DNA of 64,000 nt from Oscarella lobularis (lineage: Eukaryota), in assembly GCF_947507565.1 (NCBI RefSeq), contig NC_089192.1, forward strand, positions 982,690 through 1,046,689, in the 5' to 3' direction. The number at the start of each line of letters is the position of its first letter. The stretch's first letter is position 1. This document shows positions 22,904 to 35,635 of this stretch, one piece after another. A model generated the notes under the pieces. The model was given only the letters and a program-made list of their open reading frames with translations, searched no databases and was not told where the DNA came from. The translations under genes and the position numbers were made by a program.

Positions 22904-25865
22904 ATGAGCGGAGGCAGCAAACGTCTCAACCGCTATACATTCGATCCCGATCGGCCCCAACTCCAGGCACCGGACAGCGACGAAATGAATCCCCTCCTCG
23001 GCTCGCAGCAGAGCGGCGCTGCGCCGACGATGACGAGCAAGGGAATGTTTCGCATGTTCGCTTGCTCGTTTATCGCAACGATCGGCTCGCTGATCTTCGG
23101 CTATTGTCTCGGATTCTCGTCGCCGGCACTCGTCGATCCGTTGCTGGTCAAGGACATACTGGGCGAGTCGGCGCAGAATTGGTTTAGCGTAAGAACACAC
23201 GCGAATCGCAGCCACGGCGCGATTTTCCTAAGATATCGTCCATGCCACGCCCTCGTGTTGTAACACGTACTGCACATAGGTGTAGAGATTTCTTTGTTGT
23301 TGAACTCTAAACATAGAGAGGTGTACGTACTCGTACAACTATTAGTAAGAGTGTTACCAATACTTTTAGTAAGTGTTTAGTGGGAGGTATCAAAATTTGC
23401 CCCATGCTTGTTCTTCCAATCAAATTATTTTCTTGGATACAAATCTTATATTTTCTCTCGCAGTCTATTATCAATATTGGTGCTGCCATTGGCGGGGTTT
23501 CCACGTCGGCTATCGCCGTCAAATTCGGTCGCAAAGGAACGATTATGTTCGCCGGGCTACCGTATGCGATCGGCTGGCTGCTTGTTCTCCTTCCCGCCTA
23601 TCTGCACACGCTGGACGGCGTGTCCAACTCTCTTCTCGTGTCACTTCTTCTCGTTGGTCGCGCCCTATCAGGCGCCGGACTTGGTATAGCGTCTGGCATC
23701 ATTTCGGTGAGTGAAAGCAAATCATTCATTTCAGATGATCCCCCCTTAGTAGTTTGTACCCTGGGTGCATGAGCAGTTCTGAGTCAGACGCAAGTAGCAT
23801 AGGCACTTCATTTTATATGCAAAGGCTACTGAGATTAGATCTCAATAATGTAACATACAGGTGCTAGTTCATAATATTAATATTATTTATTTTGCGTCTT
23901 CTAGATCTACATTTCTGAAATAGCGACTCCCGCGTATCGCGGTTTCCTCGGCACATGCTTTCAACTCTCCGTCACGATAGGCCTTCTCCTATCCTACCTC
24001 TTGGGTCGTGAGCTCGCCCACTATCCGTGGCTGGCGACGGTCGCTCTCGTCCTCACGGCGAGTCTCGTCGTTCTCGGCCTTTGGATTCCCGAGAGTCCTC
24101 GCGCACTTCTCCTCAAGAATCGTCCCGACGAGGCGCGTCGCAGTCTCGAGTGGCTCCGCGGCGGCCCGGGCGTCGACGTCGGTCGCGAGTTGCAAGACAT
24201 CGAGAAGACCCTCATGGATCAGGAGCCTTTTGCCTTGGGCGAATTGTCGAAGCCGACCATATGGAAGCCGTTCGCCGTCGCCTTGGGTCTCATGTTCTTT
24301 CAGCAATTCTCCGGAATCAATGCCGTCGCTTTCTACGCGAGCGTCATCTTCGACGGCGTCGGCTCGTCATTTCAGGAGAAGAACGGTCCACTTATCATAG
24401 CCGTCGATCAGGTATATTAATTAATTAATTACTCGCAGGGTCCATAAGTAATTTTAGTAGAAATAATCTCACAAGGTCCATGAGTTATTTTAATAGAAAT
24501 AATCTCATTCTGTAGAAAATTACTCATAGGGTCCATGAGTACATTTTCTAGAGATAGTAATGGCAGGAAGAAAAAATTCTATTTTCCCTTAGCAGTCGGA
24601 CGCTGCCATTGACCACGCCATTATTATGCACGAGTGGTGTTCCTTGCGCCTGAACCGCAAGCGCCGCTCGCGCGCAACGAGTTAGACACTTACCTCTCAA
24701 AAGTGGGCGTTCCCGCCATCGCTACACTGTAACTTTTTATGCGCGAGTGGCGTTCCATGCGCCTGAACCGCAAGCGCCGCTCGCGCGCAACGAGTTAGAG
24801 ACACTTACCCCTCAAAAGTGGGCGTTCCCGCCATCGCTACACTGTAACTTTTTATGCGCGAGTGGCGTTCCATGCGCCTGAACCGCAAGCGCCGCTCGCG
24901 CGCAACGAGTTAGAGACACTTACCCCTCAAAAGTGGGCGTTCCCGCCACATCGCTACACTGTACTTTTTATGGGCGAGTGGCGTTCCTTGCGCCTGAACC
25001 GCAAGCGCGGCTTGCGCGCAACAACTTGCAGACACTTGTTGATCAAAAGTGGGCATTCCCGTCAACGCTATATTATGCTTTTTAATTGGATGCATTTTAC
25101 TAGAAATAATCTCAAGAAAATTACTCACAGGGTCCATGAGTAATTTTACTAGAAATAATCTCAAGGAAATTACTCACAGGGTCCACGAGTAATCTCATAG
25201 AAAATTACTCACAGGGTATCTATGGGTAATTTTACCTGAAATTTTCTCATAGAAAATTAATAACTTAAAAATAATGTAGTAGAACCATCCAGCGTGTTTA
25301 TTTTATTTCATATCTTTTTTTTTCCTTACCAAAGGTTGTTGCCACTGCTATCGCCGCTCTGGTTATGGATAAGCTGGGTCGACGAAAACTCCTCGTTCTC
25401 TCTGGAACACTCCAGTGTCTAAGCATCGTCGCGCTTGGCGTCTTCTTCCAAGTCAATCACTGCCTGAACGTGAAGGAGCCATCCGATTCACCCTGTACGT
25501 CGTCGCCCGAAGTCGGTCCGCTTTCCCTCGTCGCTCTCATCGTCTACATGACGGGCTTCTCGTTCGGCTGGGGCGCCATACCGTGGCTCCTCATGTCGGA
25601 GATATTGCCGTCGAAGGCGCGAACCATTGCCGGCGGCGTGTGCACGTTCTTCGTCTGGATGTGCTCCTTTGCTGTGACGTACATGTTCAATTCGTTGACG
25701 AAGTTGATTCACAAGAACGGCACGTTTTATTTCTTCGGCGGCTGGGCGTTCGCTTCCGTCATCTTCGTGCTGCTGTTCGTGCCGGAAACGAAAGGAAAGA
25801 CGCTGGAGGACATCGAAATGTACTTTGAACGTGGCAATAAAAGAGCAATCAATGACGATTCGTAA
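22904..25865 (+). CDS. Major-facilitator sugar transporter, Tret1/GLUT8-like. It has 4 coding exons (22904-23190, ~23463-23706, ~23905-24416, ~25334-25865) and a large third intron full of repeats.
   Basis: MFACSFIATIGSLIFGYCLGFSSPALVDPL. LLVGRALSGAGLGIASGIIS. IYISEIATPAYRGFLGTCFQLSVTIGLLLSYLLG. PESPRALLLKNRPDEARRSLEWLRG. FFQQFSGINAVAFYASVIF. Exon 4 has the GWGAIPWLLMSEILPSKARTIAGG and PETKGKTLEDIEMYFE sugar-porter signatures. Confidence 0.85.
24425..24560. repeat. Intronic tandem repeat with a unit of about 42 bp and 3 copies (attactca[c/t]agggtccatgagta[a/c]ttttactagaaataatctca).
   Basis: Direct reading. The same unit recurs at 25095-25260. Confidence 0.8.
24600..25085. repeat. Intronic tandem repeat of about 122 bp with 4 copies, the last one degenerate. 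Core is gcgagtggcgttcc[a/t]tgcgcctgaaccgcaagcgccgctcgcgcgcaacgagttagagacacttacccctcaaaagtgggcgttcccgcca(ca)tcgctacactgtaactttttat.
   Basis: Direct reading. Units start near 24600, 24725, 24845 and 24965. Confidence 0.85.
25095..25260. repeat. Second block of the 42-bp intronic tandem repeat, about 4 copies, in the same orientation as the 24425 block.
   Basis: Direct reading. Confidence 0.8.
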
Positions 25866-26759
25866 GGGAAGGGAGGGAGGTTTGGTGTGGGGGGAACGGG
25901 GGAATGTGCGCCTTTCTTTTGAATACGACCAGTCATTTATTTGGTTTCTTACCCACTGTTGGTTCGCACGCATTTTTATGCTTAGAGTCGAGCAAAGGCA
26001 CACCAGGACGGTATCTCCAAGCCGAGTCCCGCCTTCAATCAATTCCATTTCAATTATAATTATTATTATCATCATTATTAGTATTATTAGTATGACCATC
26101 GTTGTGCTTTTAGAATTGAGTGCAAGTTCGGCAAAGTGCAGCAGACACGTGTACGTTCTTTCGAAGTCTCTACGCAGTCGTAGCGAGCGTTTTCTTCGTT
26201 CTCGTCTTTCTCGGCAACGGGGCAGCGAGCTCGCCGATTCTCGGCGACGCGTGTGCCGTCAAGGCGGCTCGACTCACCGTCCACGCGTTCGGATTATAGT
26301 TGTCTCGTCCGCCCTCTCTCGGTCTCGATAGCTTCTGTATGCGATCCGTTGCCATGGCACTCATGGCCCCGCGACTCACATCCCATTTCACTTCTCTGCA
26401 CGGCTCGTAGCTCGAGTGGCATCGCTTGTGCTGAGAGAGAAGGAGAATTCGATTCGACGGCTCGGCGTCTCCTCTCCTTGATTGACTTGAACCTAAATTC
26501 CTACTGGGTGTTTCCGCGTCGCGTTGGTAAGTGTGCTTGGGTTGAGCAAGCGTTCGAACTCGAGCGCTGCAGATGGCGCGCTTTGCTCTGTCGCTCACAA
26601 CCGTTTCAACCTAAATCAATAAATTTTCTGCCTACCTAAAATTATGTATTGATTGGGGCGTCTTAGTCATGTTTAATTATGCATGCATTAGACGTCATAA
26701 CCAATCAATACTAGCTGACTGGGGTTCTAATTATATCAAGTACTGCTGATTCAATACTG

Positions 26760-27460
26760 TATGTGTAGTGTGAGCTGACCTCTTTGGGTGGCTCGTACAG
26801 AGGATGACCTTCTTTTGCCTGAGAAAGCCTTTCAATTCGTTGAGGGCAGGTTCCTTGTAAAGCAGCGCTTGAAACCGGCCACATTGGGCTTGGTCTTTGT
26901 ATATGGGGAAAAAAAGTGCGCGTTTTTTTATAGATCGTTGTCTGACTGAAATAATCAAAACCTGTTCTCTAAGTAGTGAGGATGAAGTCGCTTGGAATAG
27001 TAGAGAGTCTCTTGACGAGGTGTGAGAACTAAAGTATGGACACACTCCATGAAAGATCCTCCCTGACTACGCCCCCACTTTGCTACCGTACAGTACTGAC
27101 CGAATTCGGTCGTTTTGCCTGTATAAGTCGGCACATTCCAATCCCAATAAACAGATCTTCTATTAAACAATTAGAATGAAAGACAACTCGAAGCCTATCG
27201 CATCTGATTGGCCAAATCATTTACCTGTCTTCGAGGAAGTTGCTCGGTATCGATTTCGATGCCGCCAACTCGTCGATTCGTCGCGTTTGACTCGCGTCGT
27301 ACGAAAGAGAACGCGTGCGACGTTGAGTTGACATCGCCGGGATGTTGCTACGCGACGGTACTGATACGCACGTACGCGCAGCGCGAGCAATTTGCGCATC
27401 GGACGGCGCATCATTTCCTCGTTTCGGCGAAAGGTCGACGCCATCGCGGTTTTTTGTGAC
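26760..27460 (-). CDS. Small multi-exon gene of unknown function, about 4 exons. The protein is basic and about 200 aa long.
   Basis: Minus-strand exons joined by GT..AG introns: ...MASTFRRNEEMMRRPMRKLLALRVRAYQYRRVATSRRCQLNVARVLFRTTRVKRDESTSWRHRNRYRATSSKTG | RSVYWDWNVPTYTGKTTEFGQYCTVAKWGRSQGGSFMECVHTL | VLTPRQETLYYSKRLHPHYLEN | RQRSIKKRALFFPIYKDQAQCGRFQALLYKEPALNELKGFLRQKK... There is a faint resemblance to MRPS24 but it is not convincing. Confidence 0.25.
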
Positions 27461-27545
27461 GACGTCCGAATGAACGACAGCTTAGGGTAAAACGCGCACT
27501 CGCGACGACTTGATAGGGGATCAGGAGGGCCCCCTTTCACACAGA

Positions 27546-29755
<2,210 letters not shown>

Positions 29756-30464
29756 TCATTCGACGGTCAGTGAATAAATAGAGTAGCAATTAATTGATTT
29801 TTTTGGCATCGGGTAGCATTATTCTTATTATCTATTTCACCTTAGTCGAGGCTAAACGTCGTGTACTGTAGCCAAGTCTCTTATGGTGTAATGGGAAGCC
29901 CTCCTTTACGGAAATACCTAGATAGTACGTACTCTTTAATAACGTTTGGCTTACGTTGTTGCATAGGTTTAATCGAGATAAAGCCGCGTGTACTAAATGA
30001 TTATTGTTGATAATCATTTTTTGCCTAATGACGTCATTTTGTTATATGCCTTAATCAATTAAGTACTGCGCATGTGGGAGTGGGTGCTTCCCATCGAATG
30101 GCTCATGATGTTTACCTGGAACGACATCCCAAAGCAAGAGGGAAATCCCGAGCAAGAGGGGAATTCCTAGTGACGCTCGTACGACGAGGAGCCAGGTACG
30201 AATTCTTAGAATTGCATGGGGGTGGAGTCATGTGGTTTTCACGTGCACACAAAGTTCTATTATTTCTGCTCTTAGTTAGGAAGATTTGGCGAAGACGTCT
30301 TTCTGCGTTGTTTCTTATGCACAAGGCAAGCTAAATTGTTGACGACAGATGACGACAGAGCCCTATATGACGATTGCATGTGACGCACTTGTGGCCGAAC
30401 AAGTTCAGGCATGACGAAAGGGTATATCCCAAGAAACTTCTAGAAGCTTCTAGATGATCTCTGG

Positions 30465-30472
30465 ATGGCTAT
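30465..30472 (+). promoter_or_regulatory. TATA-like element (tatataag) just upstream of the RING gene ORF.
   Basis: ggctatataagcgcgag sits about 20 bp before the first in-frame ATG at 30491. The real translation start may be a downstream Met (for example MPSALSKF at 30530). Confidence 0.35.
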
Positions 30473-30490
30473 ATAAGCGCGAGTTTTTTC

Positions 30491-32307
30491 ATGCTCGGGT
30501 TTACTCTCGCTCAATACGTCGAAGAAGATATGCCGTCAGCCTTGTCCAAGTTCAACGCTACGCCCTTCTTTGATGCAAAGAAACACACGTTTGACGTCGA
30601 CTTCTCCTCTCTTTCCTGCACTGGAAAGGCCATCACTGGCGTCGCCATCAAAAACGGCATCAACGGCGAAAAGCGCGTTCAACTCCTGTTCGGAAACGCT
30701 CGTATCGACTCGATAGAATCGCCAACGGAGGAAGAGTTTGCCGGCGTGCTGCGATCCGTCTTTCACGACAATCAACGACCGGAGTTCTTCTTTCAAACCA
30801 TCGGCCGTCCTCATCCCCTGTCCGGACGACAGTACTGCGGCTACTCGTCTCCGTGGATGCGCGGCACGGCGCTTGGAAAACTCTTGATTGAGGCGGACGT
30901 TTGGATGAAGTTGCTGTCGCGCAACATCAAGCCGATCAACGAAGAAGAAGGCGACGTTCGGTTCGTCGCGTGGAATCGGAACACGCACTTGCGTGGCGGC
31001 ATGAAAACCGCGCACGACTTTGAATCCCTCGGCCATCCGGCGTCAATTCTACTGAAATGTGAAAATGTAAAGTATTACGAGACGGAGAAGATGATGCTGT
31101 TCCCGACGAATCCTCGTATGGAAATCGAGGACGGCGTGTTACCGCAATTCGGTAGCTATCTCAGCAGCATCTTAGAAGATGTCGCCCTTGACGGGGCTCC
31201 CGTTTTCGAGCGAATTCGCGAGCTACCCAAAATGATCATGATAGCCGAATGGCTCAAAAGAAAAGGCGTTGAAATCGACGAGACGTGGCTCTGGGAGAAA
31301 ACACAGCCTCATCCCTCCGCCGTGCCCGAGACCTTTCAAGGGCTGAAACGTTCAGTCAATTCCGAAAAGAGAAGTCTCGTGAAAAAAATTGATCAATTGA
31401 GATGCGTCATGGCGCGATCCGCCTACGAGGCCGGCGACGTGATCGCAACCCCGCTTGGACCCGTCCGTCGCAAAATCGACTTTGAATTTTCCAACGTCGT
31501 CATCGACGGCTCCCGCTGCGTTGCCGACGTCGTCGAAACGCATCACATCGCCGGAGGGGAGCAGCCCGTCTTTCAACGCGAAATGACCGTTCGTGGCTCG
31601 GATTGCGACGAAGACATCGATTGGGTTTATGAAGGACTAGATCCGACAAGTCCAATCAATGCGGGGTTTGTGTGTCCTGAGGTGACGTCGTGGTCCGAAC
31701 TCCACGAACAGTCTGTTGAGCCTTTCTGGACCTTCAAAATGAAAGGAGGAGACGTCTGTTCTGCGTATTACGGCGGCTGCAGTTCGCAGTTTTCCACTGA
31801 ACGCGTTTCATCTAGCAGAAGGCAGACCTCGCACTGCCCCCCTCGCTCGCAATCACAGCCCACCTGTCCAAGAGGCGGCGTTCGTGGAGGCTACTCTGAC
31901 GACTCGGTGCAGATTGGGGGCAGAGCGAATCCTTCACAGGGGTCTACGAGTTTTTATGATTCCACGGGAGTTCCTGTTCGCACCGAAACGTCAATGAGAT
32001 TTTCCGCTCGTCCCAAAGGGGAAGATGATGGACCGGTGATTGCTTTTGGTTCTATGCCTTCGTCAAGCTTCGTCAGCGGCTACTGCTCTATCTGTTGCAA
32101 TCGTCTCGCTGCAAGCGATGCTGCGGTTCCTCCGAGTCATTGCGGCCATGATTGCCACAAACAGGTATAATACTAATACAAATATATTAGTTTGACCAAA
32201 TGTTGTAATTGTTCTGTTTTGCAGTGCCTTGAAAAGTGGATTGGAGCAGGAAGACTTTACTGTCATACGTGCTACAAGACGTTTGAGTCAGTTGCTCGTC
32301 CAGCTTA
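30491..32307 (+). CDS. Protein of about 590 aa with an unrecognised N-terminal region of about 520 aa and a C-terminal RING-H2 zinc finger, so a putative E3 ubiquitin ligase. There is one very large exon (30491-32170) plus a short second exon (32224-32307).
   Basis: ORF 30491..32170 ends ...GYCSICCNRLAASDAAVPPSHCGHDCHKQ|gtataa. After a 53-bp intron comes CLEKWIGAGRLYCHTCYKTFESVARPA*. The cysteine/histidine spacing is C-x2-C-x14-C-x-H-x2-H-x2-C-x11-C-x2-C, which is RING-H2. Confidence 0.65.
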
Positions 32308-32735
32308 GTCAAGAACTTCGTCTACGCACGGAGCGCCTCTATCATAAAAGGTAAAGGCAGATTTTCAAACTTTTTAGCCATAATACGTTTTTCTTCTCTA
32401 GATGTACATCATGTTTTGTGCTTGTATTTATTTTAGCCATACCGTATATGTATGTGTCCGTATATGTATGTGTCACATTGTAGGACATTCGCCTTCTACT
32501 CAATCTGAACGATTTGAGGGCTGAAATCGGTTCAAATTGATCGAAGCTAAACTCATTTTAGTTTCACGTCTCGTTTCGTAGCAACGCCATTTTAGTAGAT
32601 ACCAACTCCTTGGAGTCATTCCATGGAAATAGAATCTATCTTTGAGTCTCTCTATGATTAAGAATATCGTCGTAGAAAAAAAAGCAAAATAACGTTAGTC
32701 GGTCTAAATAACGTCCGGCACAAACACGACACAAA

Positions 32736-33533
32736 CTAATGAGTTGTTGCAATAGGAGGCAAAAATTGCGCTCCCGCTCTCTCCTTCATTTCCCGTCGCC
32801 GTCGATTAGCAACCGGCGTGGCAAGAGCGTTCACCGTCGTCGCCGAGCAGGGTACGAAACACTTCCTCGAAGCCAGCTGCGGCGTCGATGGCCCAAAGCC
32901 GTCCCGTCTCGACGACAAGGCGTCGCCGTCGTCGCGTGACTCGTCGTCCCACACGCTCTCCTCAATAACGCAGGGAAGCGAAATCGCCTCGCGAATTTCT
33001 GACGTCACTTCGCGACGCGCGCACGCAATCGGCGACAGCCCCATGGAGACCTTCCGTTCGCGCAGTCGACTCGAACCTTCGCCGTCGCGTCTCTCGTCGT
33101 CTCCCACGCCGTACAAATTGGGAGTCGAACGCCATCGCGAGGTGGCAATTCGCGTAGGAGGCGGAGGAGCGGAGACCGATCTCGACAGCGGCGTCTGAAG
33201 CGAGAGACGACGCTGTCGCTTTTTCAGATCGTGCTTGAGAATCTGCGTCTGCTTGTCGCACATTCGCATCGCGATGTGCATGTCCTTGTCGAGCTGCTTG
33301 ATTTGGAGATCCAAGGCGCGCTGGTCGCGCGTCACCAGACGTTTCATCGTCTCCTCGCGATCGAGGATGTCTCTCCATATGTTCGGCTGGACGGCGCGTT
33401 CTCGCGGTCGTCGTCGTCCGACGAACGGTTTTCCTGTCGATGAGTGAAGCATTTCGGACGCGTTTCTCCGGCCGGAGGGTGGTCGAACGCACGTCGCAGA
33501 CTGAATATAATTATGAATGTAAACCACGATCAC
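32736..33533 (-). CDS. Large 3' exon of an unknown coiled-coil, Ser/Arg-rich protein. Upstream exons are probably at 33568-34150.
   Basis: Minus ORF of 265 aa with the heptad region IWRDILDREETMKRLVTRDQRALDLQIKQLDKDMHIAMRMCDKQTQILKHDLKKRQRRL. Codon-position GC is consistent with the neighbouring genes. Confidence 0.35.
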   Translation of the reverse strand: MIVVYIHNYIQSATCVRPPSGRRNASEMLHSSTGKPFVGRRRPRERAVQPNIWRDILDREETMKRLVTRDQRALDLQIKQLDKDMHIAMRMCDKQTQILKHDLKKRQRRLSLQTPLSRSVSAPPPPTRIATSRWRSTPNLYGVGDDERRDGEGSSRLRERKVSMGLSPIACARREVTSEIREAISLPCVIEESVWDDESRDDGDALSSRRDGFGPSTPQLASRKCFVPCSATTVNALATPVANRRRREMKERAGAQFLPPIATTH

Positions 33534-34535
33534 GTTTTGGTTTTCTAATGAGATGTTTTTGATCTTTTCACACCCGCTTGCAGGTAGCTAAGCAACGACG
33601 GCGACGTGACGTTTTCTTGCAGAATGGCGTTTCTTGAGGTTTTGTTTCATAGGCGCTCTGTTTCAAACGACCGGTTGCTAGGGTGCATGAAAGCGAAAGC
33701 TTTTCATGTAGACTAAAAATGATATGAATGTGTTGGGGTGCGTGGGAATGGTGTGGAGGGGGAGGAAGCAGGAAAAACAAGCGCTAGATGGTCCCCAAAA
33801 AGAGGCCTCGTCTTACAACTCGGTTAAGAATCCTTGGAAATCGTAAAGAACAAGGAGGAAACGTCGAACAAGACGCCCCGCGACCAGTTCCATCCTTCGA
33901 AAAATCGATAGATCGAAGCATGCGCGCAGTGAGCCTCGATCGTGTTTAGATCTCGATCTTAGACTCCCGCAAGGCTCAATCAAATCGTCCTCGTCTTCTT
34001 GTCGCTTCGAAAAGCGGCAATTTCTCGTGGCGTTCCTCGAATGTGAAATTTCGAAAGCGAAAGCGAATGGGAAGACCCTGTAGAGAAAAGAAATGCATCT
34101 AAACGTTAGATTCCTCTTCGGAATACGAAAAACGTCATCGACCACGAGGAGCCGCCATTATTCTAGCGCCAAAATCAGCCACGGTACGATACCGTAAAGA
34201 GTACGTGGAAAATTGGCCCGAGCTTTCTCGACGAACCAGCGACTCGTTGCCCCGGTGAATCGAAGACAATGCGGTCACCAACGGATATTGCACCTGCTTT
34301 CGTATAAAAGCCGCTGCGCCATGCGCACAACTTCAGTCCTGGTTAGGTGGGGAAAGCCAACGGGCGGAACCCTGGAGGTCGTCGGCGTCGGGAAAGCCTC
34401 GGTCATGTCAACATTAATCGTGCTCAGTCGGTTGCCGTTCCTTGCTGAAGCTGTGAGGTGCAGTGGATGAGCGTCGCGCGAGTTCTTCTCGTGGCGCGCG
34501 ATCGGCACTGGGAAAGTCACTAAGGGCTCGTTGGA

Positions 34536-34845
34536 TTTCATATATTGAGAAAAACAGTATAAGAGAAGAACAGAGAGACAGGGAACAACAGCAAAGGACG
34601 AAAAACAACAACAGCTAAAACATAAATACATACAAGGGAGGGGTTAATGGGTATTGGAATTGCAGCGTGTGCTAGCCACCGCCGCTGGATTTCATATATT
34701 GAGAAAAACAGTATAAGAGAAGAACAGAGAGACAGGGAACAACAGCAAAGGACGAAAAACAACAACAGCTAAAACATAAATACATACAAGGGAGGGGTTA
34801 ATGGGTATTGGAATTGCAGCGTGTGCTAGCCACCGCCGCAAGACT
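34536..34845. repeat. Tandem repeat with a 154-bp unit, 2 full copies plus a partial leading copy from about 34470.
   Basis: 34536-34689 and 34690-34843 are near-identical (ggatttcatatattgagaaaaacagtataagagaagaacagagagacagggaacaacagcaaaggacgaaaaacaacaacagctaaaacataaatacatacaagggaggggttaatgggtattggaattgcagcgtgtgctagccaccgccgc). Confidence 0.9.
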
Positions 34846-34899
34846 AAGGGAGGCTGTCTGACTAGGCAAGATCTTCTTAACCTTGTTGATAACGATTCT

Positions 34900-35376
34900 G
34901 GCATTTTGTCGTTGTAGGACGGACGAGATGGCTTGGGTCGCGAAGCCTGGCGTACCGCGTTAATACCGAGTGGGCGTCAGGCTAAGATCAGTTCACTTTC
35001 CTGCCAAAGAAACGCGTGGGGGGCCCAGTGTCTCGTGGCTGCTTCTCACTCGGCTTAGTGACCTATAGCCGAAGATAGCCCGACTTCCCAGACCAAATCA
35101 TAGCACGTTGTTGACCTCTGGCTGTGTGCGGACTCACGTTCGGCGCCCTCCCTCATCCCGGTAGTCCCGCTTCCTCTCAAGCGAAGGACTATGGCCCTTT
35201 TGGGTCGCGGTGCGACGCGGTCGGGGGGACGGTGTGGGAGAGCCGTTCTCGATCCAGGCCGCACCGTTCGTGGATGAGCCTATGATGCCACAACTCGCTC
35301 TCAATCATTTTTGGGCTACTCAGCGTTCGAACCTCCACGCGGTGTAGCCTGGATTACGCCAATGCGAACGCAGGAC
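34900..35376 (-). ncRNA. Candidate RNase MRP / RNase P family RNA. The P3-like helix favours MRP.
   Basis: The minus-strand transcript would begin GUCCUGCGUUCGCAUUGGCGUAAUCCAGGCUACACCGCGUGGAGG. This resembles the remembered 5' end of human RMRP (GUUCGUGCUGAAGGCCUGUAUCCUAGGCUACACACUGAGGAC). A long-range P3-like stem pairs AUCCAGGC with GCCUGGAU about 100 nt apart. A CR-I-like GGGAAGUCGGGCU (GNAANNUC) occurs at + strand 35077-35090. A CR-V-like ACUGAUCUUAGCCUGAC follows, and its AGCCUGAC can pair 8 bp with GUCGGGCU to form a P4 pseudoknot. No ORF is present and the region has no codon structure. Confidence 0.4.
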
Positions 35377-35635
35377 AAAAAGGTACGTACGCGGATAGAT
35401 CGAACAGAAATTATCTCTTTTCTTTTAGGTTTTGAGCGAAGGAGCGACTCTACGCGAACAATTTCAAGATGGAGCACGCTCGTAGATATATAGAACGCTG
35501 CATGATGGTTGGACGTTGTATTTACGCATGCATGCACGTAGAAATGTCGATCAAACAGGCTCCACGCAGTTCTCGCGCGTTTCGCACGTTTCATTTCATC
35601 GCGCGCGCTAATGTCCACGAAAAGCGACTTTCTGG

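Noticed and set aside
24001-24428. Four overlapping plus-strand ORFs across the sugar-transporter exon 3.
   Set aside because: Only the frame giving MFS motifs (PESPRALLLKNRPDEARRSLEWLRG...FFQQFSGINAVAFYAS) is real. The others are shadow frames of a GC-rich exon.
34968-34990. GGCTAAGATCA, which is identical to the U2 snRNA branch-point-region start.
   Set aside because: The essential GUAGUA and the Sm-site context are absent. The 11-nt match is better explained as part of the CR-V-like element of the P/MRP RNA candidate.
35300-35345. A tRNA-like T-arm motif GGTTCGAAC on the minus strand.
   Set aside because: No acceptor, D or anticodon stems can be drawn around it. It lies inside the P3-like region of the candidate MRP/P RNA.
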